64,000 bases of DNA. Origin: Pseudomonadota bacterium (GTDB lineage: Bacteria > Pseudomonadota > Alphaproteobacteria > Acetobacterales > Acetobacteraceae). The notes beneath the pieces are model-generated. The model worked only from the letters and a program-made list of their open reading frames with translations. It made no database searches and was not told where the DNA came from. Position numbers and translations under genes: made by a program. Below are positions 9,904-18,127 of this stretch, piece after piece. The stretch is taken from assembly GCA_019351895.1 (NCBI GenBank), contig JABBOH010000001.1, positions 185,757 to 249,756 on the forward strand, written 5' to 3'. How positions within the stretch are numbered: position 1 is the first letter of the stretch; each line of letters begins with the position of its first letter.

Positions 9904-10787
9904 GCTGCGCGTCCGGCACGGAGGCCGAGGCGCTCGACCAGTTCCGCAGCCAGCCGGATGTAGGCCTGTGACCCCGGAGATTTCAAGTCGTACAGGAGTA
10001 CGGGCTTGCCGTGGCTCGGTGCCTCGGAGACGCGAATATTGCGAGGGATCATCGTCTCATAGACTTTCTTGCCGAAGAAGCCGCGGACATCCTCGGCCAC
10101 CAGATCAGAGAGGTTGTTCCGTCGGTCGTACATCGTCAAGACAATCCCGTGAAGCGTCAGCGACGGGTTGAGACGCTGGCGCACCGCCTCGATGGTCTGA
10201 GTGATCTGCGTGATCCCCTCGAGAGCAAAAAACTCACATTGCAAGGGCACGAGAACATCTTGCGCGGCAATGAGGCCGTTCAGGGTGAGCAGCCCCAGGC
10301 TGGGCGGGCAGTCAATGATGACGAAGTCGTGGGACGATAGCCCGTCCCACGCTTCCAGTGCGGTCCGCAGTCGCTTCTCGCGCCCGGATACGTTGACAAG
10401 CTCGATCTCGGCGGCGGTCAGTTCAGGATCGGCAGGCAGGATGGAGAGGCCGGGGATGATCGTCTCCCGCAGGGTGTCGGCGACAGCGTAGCCCTCCGCC
10501 AGCACTGCGAAGATGCCGTGTCCGCGGGCGTTCCGGGCGAGGCCCAAGCCAGTGGATGCATTTCCTTGCGGATCCAAGTCGATCAGAAGTACCGAGCGAC
10601 CAGCGGCGGCAAGGGCGGTGGCGAGGTTAATGGCCGTTGTTGTCTTGCCGACCCCGCCTTTCTGGTTGGCGATGGCGATGACACGCGCGGGCGCTCGGGC
10701 TGCCAGCTTAGCCCGTCGCTCCGCAGGGGCGTCCGCGAGCTTGCGGTCCGCCTGGACAAGGGCGCGGGCTCGGGATGATGCACTCAT
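9900..10787 (-). CDS. parA: Chromosome partitioning ATPase ParA
   Basis: Deviant Walker A NQKGGVGKTTT, DLDPQGNAS, IDCPPSLG, PLQCEFFALEG, IPRNIRVSEAPSHG. Confidence 0.95.
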   Translation of the reverse strand: MSASSRARALVQADRKLADAPAERRAKLAARAPARVIAIANQKGGVGKTTTAINLATALAAAGRSVLLIDLDPQGNASTGLGLARNARGHGIFAVLAEGYAVADTLRETIIPGLSILPADPELTAAEIELVNVSGREKRLRTALEAWDGLSSHDFVIIDCPPSLGLLTLNGLIAAQDVLVPLQCEFFALEGITQITQTIEAVRQRLNPSLTLHGIVLTMYDRRNNLSDLVAEDVRGFFGKKVYETMIPRNIRVSEAPSHGKPVLLYDLKSPGSQAYIRLAAELVERLGLRAGRAA

Positions 10788-11410
10788 GTGTTGGTCTCGC
10801 TGTGACGACGGAGGTCGCTGATGCAGAAGATGGTGGCGCTCGGCGATGTCCGGCTAGGCACCTGCCGCAGGGACATCGTCCAGACTTTCTTCGCGGCTAG
10901 AAGCTCGTCGTCCGCGCGCTCGCCCTTCGGGAAGAGGCAAGTCCCGCCGACCGCTAGCATTGGAGCGGCGAGTTCGAGCAGATGGGCAAGGGGCGCCAAA
11001 GCGCGTGCTGTAACGAGGTCGCGTGGGGGAACGTCCACATCTTGAATGCGCTTGGTGTGAATAGTCACGCGGGCGTCCGTGGCGATCGCCGCCTCCCTAA
11101 GAAAGGCTGCCTTTCGGCTATCGGATTCAATGAGGTCAAAGTGTATGCCGGTGGCAATTGCCAATACCAATCCGGGAAAGCCGCCACCGGATCCGAGATC
11201 GACTGCATGCGTTGTCTGGGCTGCGATCATCGGCCTGAGCTGAAGCGCGTCATCGATGTGACGTGACCAGAGGTCGGAGATATCGCGGCTACTCACCAGC
11301 CTGATTGTCGGGTTCCAGCGCTCGACCAACTGGGCGAATACTTCGAGGCGATGCCGGCTAGCGTCGCTGACCGGCGTGCCGCCAGGAGCGCGACCGGAAG
11401 CCCCAATCAA
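10784..11410 (-). CDS. rsmG: 16S rRNA m7G527 methyltransferase RsmG (GidB)
   Basis: RHIDDALQL, DLGSGGGFPG, ESDSRKAAFL, VTARALA, FPKG; sits between mnmG and parA. Confidence 0.92.
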   Translation of the reverse strand: MIGASGRAPGGTPVSDASRHRLEVFAQLVERWNPTIRLVSSRDISDLWSRHIDDALQLRPMIAAQTTHAVDLGSGGGFPGLVLAIATGIHFDLIESDSRKAAFLREAAIATDARVTIHTKRIQDVDVPPRDLVTARALAPLAHLLELAAPMLAVGGTCLFPKGERADDELLAAKKVWTMSLRQVPSRTSPSATIFCISDLRRHSETNT

Positions 11411-11422
11411 GCTCGATCTCGC

Positions 11423-13402
11423 TCAGAGTGTTTCACGTGAAACGTGTCCTTCGAGCTTCCGCAGCCCTGCAAGAATTATCGCCAATCCGGCAGGAGTCAT
11501 TCCTGGAATACGGGCCGCTGCGCCAAGAGAAGGCGGCTTATGTTCAGCAAGCTTACTTCGAAGTTCCGCGGAGAGGCCGCTCAAACCCGACAGGTCGAGA
11601 TGGTCGGGAAGCTGGATATTTTCCTGACGGCGAAATCCACGAATCTCTGCCTCTTGCCTGTTCAGGTAAGCAGCGTAACGCGCCTCTGTTTCCAGCGTGG
11701 AATATACCCGTGGCGTCAACTCCGCCAGGGTGCCGAAGGTCGAGCAGAGCGTCTCGGCACGCAACTCGCCTCTCGCCATGATCTCATACAGGCTCCGGGG
11801 GCGACCATCGGCACGAACGGAGATATCGAGTGCCGCCAGAGTCTCCACGGAAACAAGCTCCTCCAGGAGCCGGCTCCGAGCCTCATCGACAGCCGTCTTG
11901 AACCGCGTGAAGCCCGCTGCCCGCTGCTGGGCCACGCATCTCCAGGCCATTCCTTTCTCGGTGAGGCGCAGGTCGGCATTATCGGCCCGAAGCGAAAGGC
12001 GGTACTCGGAGCGCGAGGTGAACATGCGATAGGGTTCGGTGACGCCGTGCGTGACCAGATCGTCGATCAGGACGCCGATATAGCCCTCAGACCGGTCAAG
12101 ATGGACGGACGGCAAGCCTCCGGCCCGGCGAGCCGCGTTCAGCCCTGCGATCAATCCCTGAGCACCGGCTTCCTCGTAACCCGTGGTGCCGTTGATCTGC
12201 CCGGCCAGAAACAGGCCCGGAACCGCGCGGAGTTCGAGATCTTGCGTCAGAGCGCGCGGATCGACGAAATCGTATTCGATGGCGTAGCCGTGCCGAAGGA
12301 TGCGCGCCTGCTCCAGGCCTGGGATGGTCTTGAGCATGGCCTCCTGCACCTTCGCCGGCAGGCTCGTCGAAATACCGTTCGGATACACAATGTCCCCGCC
12401 CGGATTGCTGGCCAGCCCCTCCGGCTCCAGAAAGATTTGGTGCCGGTCGCGGTCCGGGAACCGGTGAACCTTGTCCTCGACAGACGGGCAGTAGCGCGGG
12501 CCGCGCCCGGACAAGTGGCCCCCGTAAACCGCGGAGAGGTGTAGGTGCCGGCGAATCAAGTCGTGGGTCGCAGGCGTCGTGCCGGTGATGCGGCATGCGA
12601 TGAGCGGGTTCTCGATCCTTGCTGTCATCGTGCTGAAGGGCTCGGGTGGATCCTCGCTCACATCGGGAGGCAGGTCATCCCAAGCGATGCTGGCCCGCTC
12701 GATCCGAGGCGGAGTCCCGGTCTTCAGCCGCGACACGGGAAGCCCGAGCGCTCGCAACCGCATTCCAAGCGGGATCGCCGATGCTTCCCCGGTGCGACCG
12801 CCCGGCGTCTTCAACTCGCCGACATGGATTGTGCCGTTCAGGAAAGTTCCAGTGGTCAGAACAGCAGCATGGCAGCGGAAGCGACGCCCTTGGATATCGA
12901 TGACAGCTTCGATTACCCCGTCGTTGGTCAGCGCAATGTCGGCGGCTTCGCCTTCAATGACGGTGAGGCCGGGCTGCGCCGCCAGTAACCGCTGCACCGC
13001 GGCGCGATACAGGTGTCTGTCCATCTGCGCGCGTGGACCACGAACTGCCGGCCCCTTGCTTCGGTTGAGCACTTTGAAGTGGATCCCCGCCATGTCCGCG
13101 GCTCGCGCCATCACGCCATCCAGCGCATCGATCTCCCGCACGAGATGACCTTTGCCGATGCCGCCGATTGCGGGATTGCAAGAGAGGGCGCCGATTGTGG
13201 CGATACGATGCGTAAGCAAAAGGGTCCGTGCTCCGACACGCGCGGCGGAGGCGGCGGCTTCACAGCCGGCATGGCCACCGCCGACGACAACCACATCGAA
13301 ATCGAACCGGGTCGGCAGGCTGGAAATGGCGGCCGGGAGCTCCCCGGGCAGCGCGGGCAGCTCATTGAGCGAGGGTTGGTAATGCATCGCGTGGTCATAC
13401 AT
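11423..13402 (-). CDS. mnmG: tRNA uridine-5-carboxymethylaminomethyl(34) synthesis enzyme MnmG (GidA)
   Basis: [79 protein letters not shown]. Confidence 0.96.
   Translation of the reverse strand: MYDHAMHYQPSLNELPALPGELPAAISSLPTRFDFDVVVVGGGHAGCEAAASAARVGARTLLLTHRIATIGALSCNPAIGGIGKGHLVREIDALDGVMARAADMAGIHFKVLNRSKGPAVRGPRAQMDRHLYRAAVQRLLAAQPGLTVIEGEAADIALTNDGVIEAVIDIQGRRFRCHAAVLTTGTFLNGTIHVGELKTPGGRTGEASAIPLGMRLRALGLPVSRLKTGTPPRIERASIAWDDLPPDVSEDPPEPFSTMTARIENPLIACRITGTTPATHDLIRRHLHLSAVYGGHLSGRGPRYCPSVEDKVHRFPDRDRHQIFLEPEGLASNPGGDIVYPNGISTSLPAKVQEAMLKTIPGLEQARILRHGYAIEYDFVDPRALTQDLELRAVPGLFLAGQINGTTGYEEAGAQGLIAGLNAARRAGGLPSVHLDRSEGYIGVLIDDLVTHGVTEPYRMFTSRSEYRLSLRADNADLRLTEKGMAWRCVAQQRAAGFTRFKTAVDEARSRLLEELVSVETLAALDISVRADGRPRSLYEIMARGELRAETLCSTFGTLAELTPRVYSTLETEARYAAYLNRQEAEIRGFRRQENIQLPDHLDLSGLSGLSAELRSKLAEHKPPSLGAAARIPGMTPAGLAIILAGLRKLEGHVSRETL
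11429..11444. promoter_or_regulatory. parS centromere site
   Basis: TGTTTCACGTGAAACG, 15/16 match to consensus TGTTTCACGTGAAACA, in the last codons of mnmG (HVSRETL) next to parAB. Confidence 0.9.
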
Positions 13403-13419
13403 CCGCGCTGCTTGAATCG

Positions 13420-14742
13420 CTACTTTCCGATGCAGAAATCACTGAAAACGCGATCCAGCAACGCCTCTACACCGACCTTTCCCGTGATCCCGCCAATGGC
13501 TGACATGGCCAGACGAAGGGCTTCCGCGCGCAGCTCCGGCTCGGTCTCGGAGGATGCACGGTGGAGGTCGTCTCTCGCCATTTTTAGCAACTCCCTATGC
13601 CGCTGCCGCGTCAGCGGCGGCGGTCCGGCCTGGTCCGTCGCCTGCATGGCAAAGTCCGCTAGACGAGCCCGCAGGGCGTCCATTCCGGCCCCAGTCAGCG
13701 CGCTGACGGCGAGATCGGCAGCAACGGGCGCCGGCCGAAGATCGCATTTCGTCAGGATGCGGAGGCGCGACGGCATTGGGCGATCGGTGATCATCGTCTC
13801 GAAGCCCGAGACCTCCGGTTCCTCAGGGTCGTCGGCGCCGATCAAGAGGAGTACGAGATCGGCCTGTGCCGCTCTAGCGCGAGCCCGCTGTATGCCCTCC
13901 GCCTCCACAGGGTCGTCGGTTTCCCTGAGCCCAGCAGTATCGATGAGCGTCACGGGCGCGTCGCCAAGCACGAGAGACACTTCCAGAGCGTCCCGCGTCG
14001 TGCCCGCATGGGGAGAGACGATGGCGATGTCGCGTCTCGCCAGCGCGTTGACCAAGGTCGACTTCCCGACGTTGGGCGCGCCTTGCACGACGAAGATCAA
14101 CCCGTCGCGCATCTTCTCGCCTCGCGCACCGTCAGCCAGGTGGTCATCCAGAGCGGCGCCGAGAGCACTGATCTCGGCCAGCAACGAAGCCTCGATCTCC
14201 GCGGGCAGGTCTTCATCGGGAAAATCGATGAGAGCCTCCTGGTGCGCCAGAACCCCGGCCAGCCGATCCGCCCAGCTACCGTAAAGACTGCCGAGGGCAC
14301 CCTCCATCTGCCGCAGCGCCTGCCGTCTCTGACCCGTGGTCTCCGCCGTTACCAGGTCGTTCACAGCCTCGGCCTGAACAAGGTCCATGCGCCCGTTGAG
14401 AAAGGCGCGTCTGCTGAACTCGCCGGGTTCGGCTAGCCTGACACCGAGGGCAAGCAAGGCATCCGCCACCGCCTCCAGAACCGCGCGGCCACCATGCAAG
14501 TGTAACTCGGCCACATCTTCCCCAGTGTAGGTCGCGGGGCCAGGGAGCCAAATCACGATCGCCTGGTCGAGAACCTCGCCGGATCGATCCCGCAGGCGCC
14601 TGAGCGTCGCCCGACGGGCGGTCGGACAGGCTCCCGCCATCTGCTCCAGGACCTCGCAGGTTCGCGGTCCGCTCAGCCGGAGCGCCGTAACGGCCGATCT
14701 TCCGACAGCGGTCATCGGCGCGAAGATCGTGTCCTCATCCAT
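13420..14742 (-). CDS. mnmE: tRNA modification GTPase MnmE (TrmE)
   Basis: [34 protein letters not shown]1 [22 protein letters not shown]-terminal FCIGK. Confidence 0.96.
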   Translation of the reverse strand: MDEDTIFAPMTAVGRSAVTALRLSGPRTCEVLEQMAGACPTARRATLRRLRDRSGEVLDQAIVIWLPGPATYTGEDVAELHLHGGRAVLEAVADALLALGVRLAEPGEFSRRAFLNGRMDLVQAEAVNDLVTAETTGQRRQALRQMEGALGSLYGSWADRLAGVLAHQEALIDFPDEDLPAEIEASLLAEISALGAALDDHLADGARGEKMRDGLIFVVQGAPNVGKSTLVNALARRDIAIVSPHAGTTRDALEVSLVLGDAPVTLIDTAGLRETDDPVEAEGIQRARARAAQADLVLLLIGADDPEEPEVSGFETMITDRPMPSRLRILTKCDLRPAPVAADLAVSALTGAGMDALRARLADFAMQATDQAGPPPLTRQRHRELLKMARDDLHRASSETEPELRAEALRLAMSAIGGITGKVGVEALLDRVFSDFCIGK

Positions 14743-14764
14743 GCAGCGCGACCGGCATCTGGAT

Positions 14765-15124
14765 CTAGGCAGCGCGACGGGGGGATAGCCTCAGCGCTTC
14801 CGCGCGCCCGCCACCGACGAGATGCTGTTCGATGATGGCATCCACATCGGCGCGCGTCTCGATCCGATACCAGGTCCCGGCGGGGTAGATGACGATGCAA
14901 GGCCCTTCCTCGCACCGATCCAGGCACCCAGCCATGTTGACCCGCGCGTGAGGTATCTTGACCTCCTTGACCCGCGCCTTCATGTAATCCCGCAACGCCT
15001 CCGACCCCTTGGCCGCGCAGGAACCACGGGAGTGGCCATCAGGCCGCCGGTTGCAGCACACGAAAACATGGATATCGAAAAATGGTGGCGGATCAATAGT
15101 TTCGATATCAGTACGTTCATTCAT
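14765..15124 (-). CDS. Thioredoxin-like (2Fe-2S) ferredoxin
   Basis: HVFVCCNRR..GSC, RVNMAGCLDRCEEGP, IYPAGTWY, IIEQHL. Start placed at MNERTD; the ORF extends to 15268. Confidence 0.85.
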   Translation of the reverse strand: MNERTDIETIDPPPFFDIHVFVCCNRRPDGHSRGSCAAKGSEALRDYMKARVKEVKIPHARVNMAGCLDRCEEGPCIVIYPAGTWYRIETRADVDAIIEQHLVGGGRAEALRLSPRRAA

Positions 15125-15418
15125 CGCGCGTGTCCACTTCAGATGATACAGCAACTTCATGCCGGTGGCGCAGGAGGTCGATCGCCATCCGTGCTGGCTT
15201 GCCGCATGACGCTCTTTCGCCGCAGCTTGGGCTTTCTGCAGCAGCCTGTCTCGCGCGTCCACCGGCATTCAGGCGTGAGCGTCGCCTTTCCGGCCGAGGT
15301 TCCTTGCCACGCTTCGTCATCATCATACGCATGGCTCCCGCGACGGTACGTCGTAGGCACGGCTTGACAACACCGGGCCCGAGGGTTGGCATGAGGCTCC
15401 ACTGCATCGGGCTCAGCT

Positions 15419-15961
15419 TTGCCTCAACTCTCCCTCCACACGCCAATAGGTGCGATCACGGTTTCCGCCGAGGCCGACGCAATCGTGGCCGTCGACTGGG
15501 GCTGGGGCCGGGACCAGGGCGTGACTGCTCTCTTGCTGCGCGCGAAAGACTGGCTGCAGGCGTATTTCGATGGTGTGGTCGAGCCCATGGTTTTGCCGCT
15601 CGCGCCTTCCGGCACACCCTATCGCCAACGCATCTGGTCCGCGATCGGCGCCATCCCGCCCGGTGAAACCCGCACCTATCAGGCGGTGGCTCGGTCGGCT
15701 GGCGGGTCTCCGCGCTCCGTCGGCGGGGCGATGGCCGCCAATCCCATCCCGCTCCTTATCCCTTGCCATCGTGTGGTCGGCTGCGGCCGCCTCGGTAGCG
15801 CCACCATCGGCGGTTATAGTGGTGGCGAAGGCATCGAGACCAAGCAGTTCCTGCTCGACCTCGAACGCCGCGCCAGCGGGCGCGACGCGAACTTGCCCAT
15901 TGGCGGGACGCGCGCGGACAGGCGGTCCAGCGACAACAGTCAGAACAGGGTCACGCGATGA
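15419..15961 (+). CDS. ogt: Methylated-DNA--protein-cysteine methyltransferase
   Basis: GTPYRQRIW, IPPGETRTY, RSVGGA, active site IPCHRVV, GGYSGG; TTG start; a TTGACA hexamer lies at 15364-15369. Confidence 0.9.
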   Translation: MPQLSLHTPIGAITVSAEADAIVAVDWGWGRDQGVTALLLRAKDWLQAYFDGVVEPMVLPLAPSGTPYRQRIWSAIGAIPPGETRTYQAVARSAGGSPRSVGGAMAANPIPLLIPCHRVVGCGRLGSATIGGYSGGEGIETKQFLLDLERRASGRDANLPIGGTRADRRSSDNSQNRVTR

Positions 15962-16929
15962 CACAGGCGATCCGCGTGTATACCGCCGGCGGCCCCGAGG
16001 TGATGGTCTGGGAGCAGGTGCCCACGCCCGATCCCGGGCCGGGGCAAGTCCTGATCGAGCATGCGGCCGTCGGTTTGAACTTCATCGATGTCTACTTCCG
16101 CAGTGGCCTCTATAAGACGCCTTTCCCGATGACCCCCGGTATGGAAGCCGCCGGCACCGTCGTCCGCCTCGGTCCGGGTGTCACGGATTTCGTGGTGGGC
16201 GACCGCGTCGCCTATTCCTCGATGCCGCTCGGAGCCTATGCCGAGCGCCGCGTCATGCCGGCTGACCGGCTCGTCCGGCTACCGCCGGGCATCTCCTTCG
16301 AGGCTGCCGCCGGCATGATGATGACCGGGCTGACCGCCCAGTACCTCCTGCACCGCACTTACAAGGTCTTGCCCGGCGACACTGTCCTGATCTACGCGGC
16401 GGCCGGCGGCGTCGGTCTTGTCATGTGCCAGTGGGCGAAGCATTTGGGCGCGACGGTGATCGGGGTCGTCTCCAATCCGGCGAAGGCTGCCATCGCCGGC
16501 AACCATGGGGCAGACCACGTGCTGCTGGCGAACGAGGATATCGCCGCCCGCGTGCGCGACATCACCGGTGGCGCGATGGTGCCGGTCGTCTATGACAGCA
16601 TCGGGCGCGACACCTTCGCGGCCAGCCTCGATTGCCTCGCACCGCTTGGCACGATGGTAAGCTACGGGAATGCCTCGGGCCCGGTGCCGCCGGTCGATCT
16701 CAGCGTGCTCGCGGCCAAGGGCAGCTTGTTCCTGACCCGTCCAAGCCTCGTCACCTACACGGCGAAGCGCTCGGCCTTGCTCGCTGGGGCGGAGGATCTC
16801 TTCAACGTCGTCCAGGCGGGGATCGTGCGGATCGAGATCGACCAGACCTTCCCTTTGCGCGAGGCCGCCGACGCGCACCGCGCGCTCGAATCCCGCAAGA
16901 CGACCGGCAGCACCATCCTCATCCCCTGA
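15958..16929 (+). CDS. qor: NADPH:quinone oxidoreductase (MDR family)
   Basis: GLNFIDVYFRSGLY, PGMEAAG, AAAGGVG, VVYDSIG, KGSLFLTRPSL, LESRKTTGS. Confidence 0.88.
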   Translation: MTQAIRVYTAGGPEVMVWEQVPTPDPGPGQVLIEHAAVGLNFIDVYFRSGLYKTPFPMTPGMEAAGTVVRLGPGVTDFVVGDRVAYSSMPLGAYAERRVMPADRLVRLPPGISFEAAAGMMMTGLTAQYLLHRTYKVLPGDTVLIYAAAGGVGLVMCQWAKHLGATVIGVVSNPAKAAIAGNHGADHVLLANEDIAARVRDITGGAMVPVVYDSIGRDTFAASLDCLAPLGTMVSYGNASGPVPPVDLSVLAAKGSLFLTRPSLVTYTAKRSALLAGAEDLFNVVQAGIVRIEIDQTFPLREAADAHRALESRKTTGSTILIP

Positions 16930-16945
16930 CCGGCTCCGAAGCCGG
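16930..16945. terminator. Hairpin between convergent qor and grxC
   Basis: CCGGCT-CCGA-AGCCGG; no U-tract seen. Confidence 0.4.
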
Positions 16946-16962
16946 TACCACTGGCGGCGGGC

Positions 16963-17220
16963 TCAGGCGCGGGCGAGCAGCGGGTCGAGTTCACCCTTGC
17001 GGTCGAGTGCGACCAGGTCGTCGCAGCCGCCAATGTGTTTCCCATCGATGAAGATCTGCGGCACGGAGGTCCGGCCCGACCGGGTACGAGCCTCGGCGCG
17101 AGCAGCACTACCGCCGGGCGCGGCGATCTCCTTGAAAGGGATGCTCTTGCTTTCGAGCAAGCTGAGCGCGCGCGCGCAGTAGGGGCAATAGGGCTGTGTG
17201 TAGATTTCGATCTCGGCCAT
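16963..17220 (-). CDS. grxC: Glutaredoxin 3
   Basis: CPYC active site, TSVPQIFI, IGGCDDL. Confidence 0.93.
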   Translation of the reverse strand: MAEIEIYTQPYCPYCARALSLLESKSIPFKEIAAPGGSAARAEARTRSGRTSVPQIFIDGKHIGGCDDLVALDRKGELDPLLARA

Positions 17221-17293
17221 GATCTTACTCCGTCTTTGAGACGCAAGATCGGATCAACCGGGCCGGCCGACAAGAGGTACTGTCGCCATGCGG

Positions 17294-18064
17294 CTATCCT
17301 CGTCCCGGGAACGGGACCCGCGCCGCAGCGAGGACGTCGACCGATTTCGCACCTGCTTCCAGCAAGGCGGCGGCGCAGGCCGAGGCAGTGGCGCCTGAGG
17401 TCATCACATCGTCGATCAGCAGCAGGCGCCGTCCGTCGATCAGCGATTGCCGATCCGGCCTGACCCGGAATGCGCCGGCCACCTCCTCGCCGCGCGCCGC
17501 CGCCGATAGCTGGCCCAGCTGCACCGTCTGCCGATGGCGCATCAGAGCATCCGGTAGCCAGCGGCACCCGGCGCGCCGCGCGAGTTGCTCTGCGAGCAGC
17601 CCCGCTTGGTTGTAACGGCGGCTGACGAGGCGGCGGCGGTGCAACGGCACCGGCAGCAATGCATCCGCCTCGGCCAGCAGGCCGGCCCCGGCGCGCGCCA
17701 TCATTGCGGCCAAAACCGGCGCGAATTCGGTCCGGTCGCCATGCTTGAACGGCAGGATGAGGCGCTGAGACGCTTCGTCATAGCGAAGCGCCGCGCGGGC
17801 CCGATTGAACCGGGGCGGGCGGCGGATACAGCCGAGGCAGGTGCCGTGCGGGCCGGCTTCCCCCGGCGTCGCGAATGGCAGACCGCAGCAGAGGCAGTGC
17901 GGCGCGGTGATGAAGGTTATGCCGCTGAAGCAAGCGACGCAAAGCCGGTGCGGTCCGTCCGTCAGTGTGCGGCAGATCGGACATTCCGGGGGCAGCACAC
18001 TGTCGACGGCCCACCCAGCCGCGTATCGTAAACCTCGGCCGAGCCGGTTGCGAACCAGAAGCAT
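17294..18064 (-). CDS. comF: ComF/GntX family protein (double zinc ribbon plus PRTase domain)
   Basis: LPPECPIC, CxxC pairs, VPLHRRR..RRYNQA, LLIDDVMTSGAT. Confidence 0.87.
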   Translation of the reverse strand: MLLVRNRLGRGLRYAAGWAVDSVLPPECPICRTLTDGPHRLCVACFSGITFITAPHCLCCGLPFATPGEAGPHGTCLGCIRRPPRFNRARAALRYDEASQRLILPFKHGDRTEFAPVLAAMMARAGAGLLAEADALLPVPLHRRRLVSRRYNQAGLLAEQLARRAGCRWLPDALMRHRQTVQLGQLSAAARGEEVAGAFRVRPDRQSLIDGRRLLLIDDVMTSGATASACAAALLEAGAKSVDVLAAARVPFPGRG

Positions 18065-18127
18065 GGCGCATCTTGATACGATATCAAACCGATTGCACGC
18101 GCTGACAGCCTGTGGCGGCTCCGGTAC

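Noticed and set aside
10680-10787. N-terminal extensions on ParA (about 30 aa) and MnmG (about 30 aa)
   Set aside because: Start codons are uncertain and no domain is evident in the extensions.
1-14750. Impression of slightly lower GC and weaker codon bias in the left part of the window
   Set aside because: Judged by eye only. The genes are core housekeeping and no integrase, tRNA or direct repeats were seen; a sliding-window GC3 calculation would be needed.
15125-15418. Small ORFs between ferredoxin and ogt (81-109 aa)
   Set aside because: They have no recognisable motif, overlap each other and occupy a divergent promoter region.
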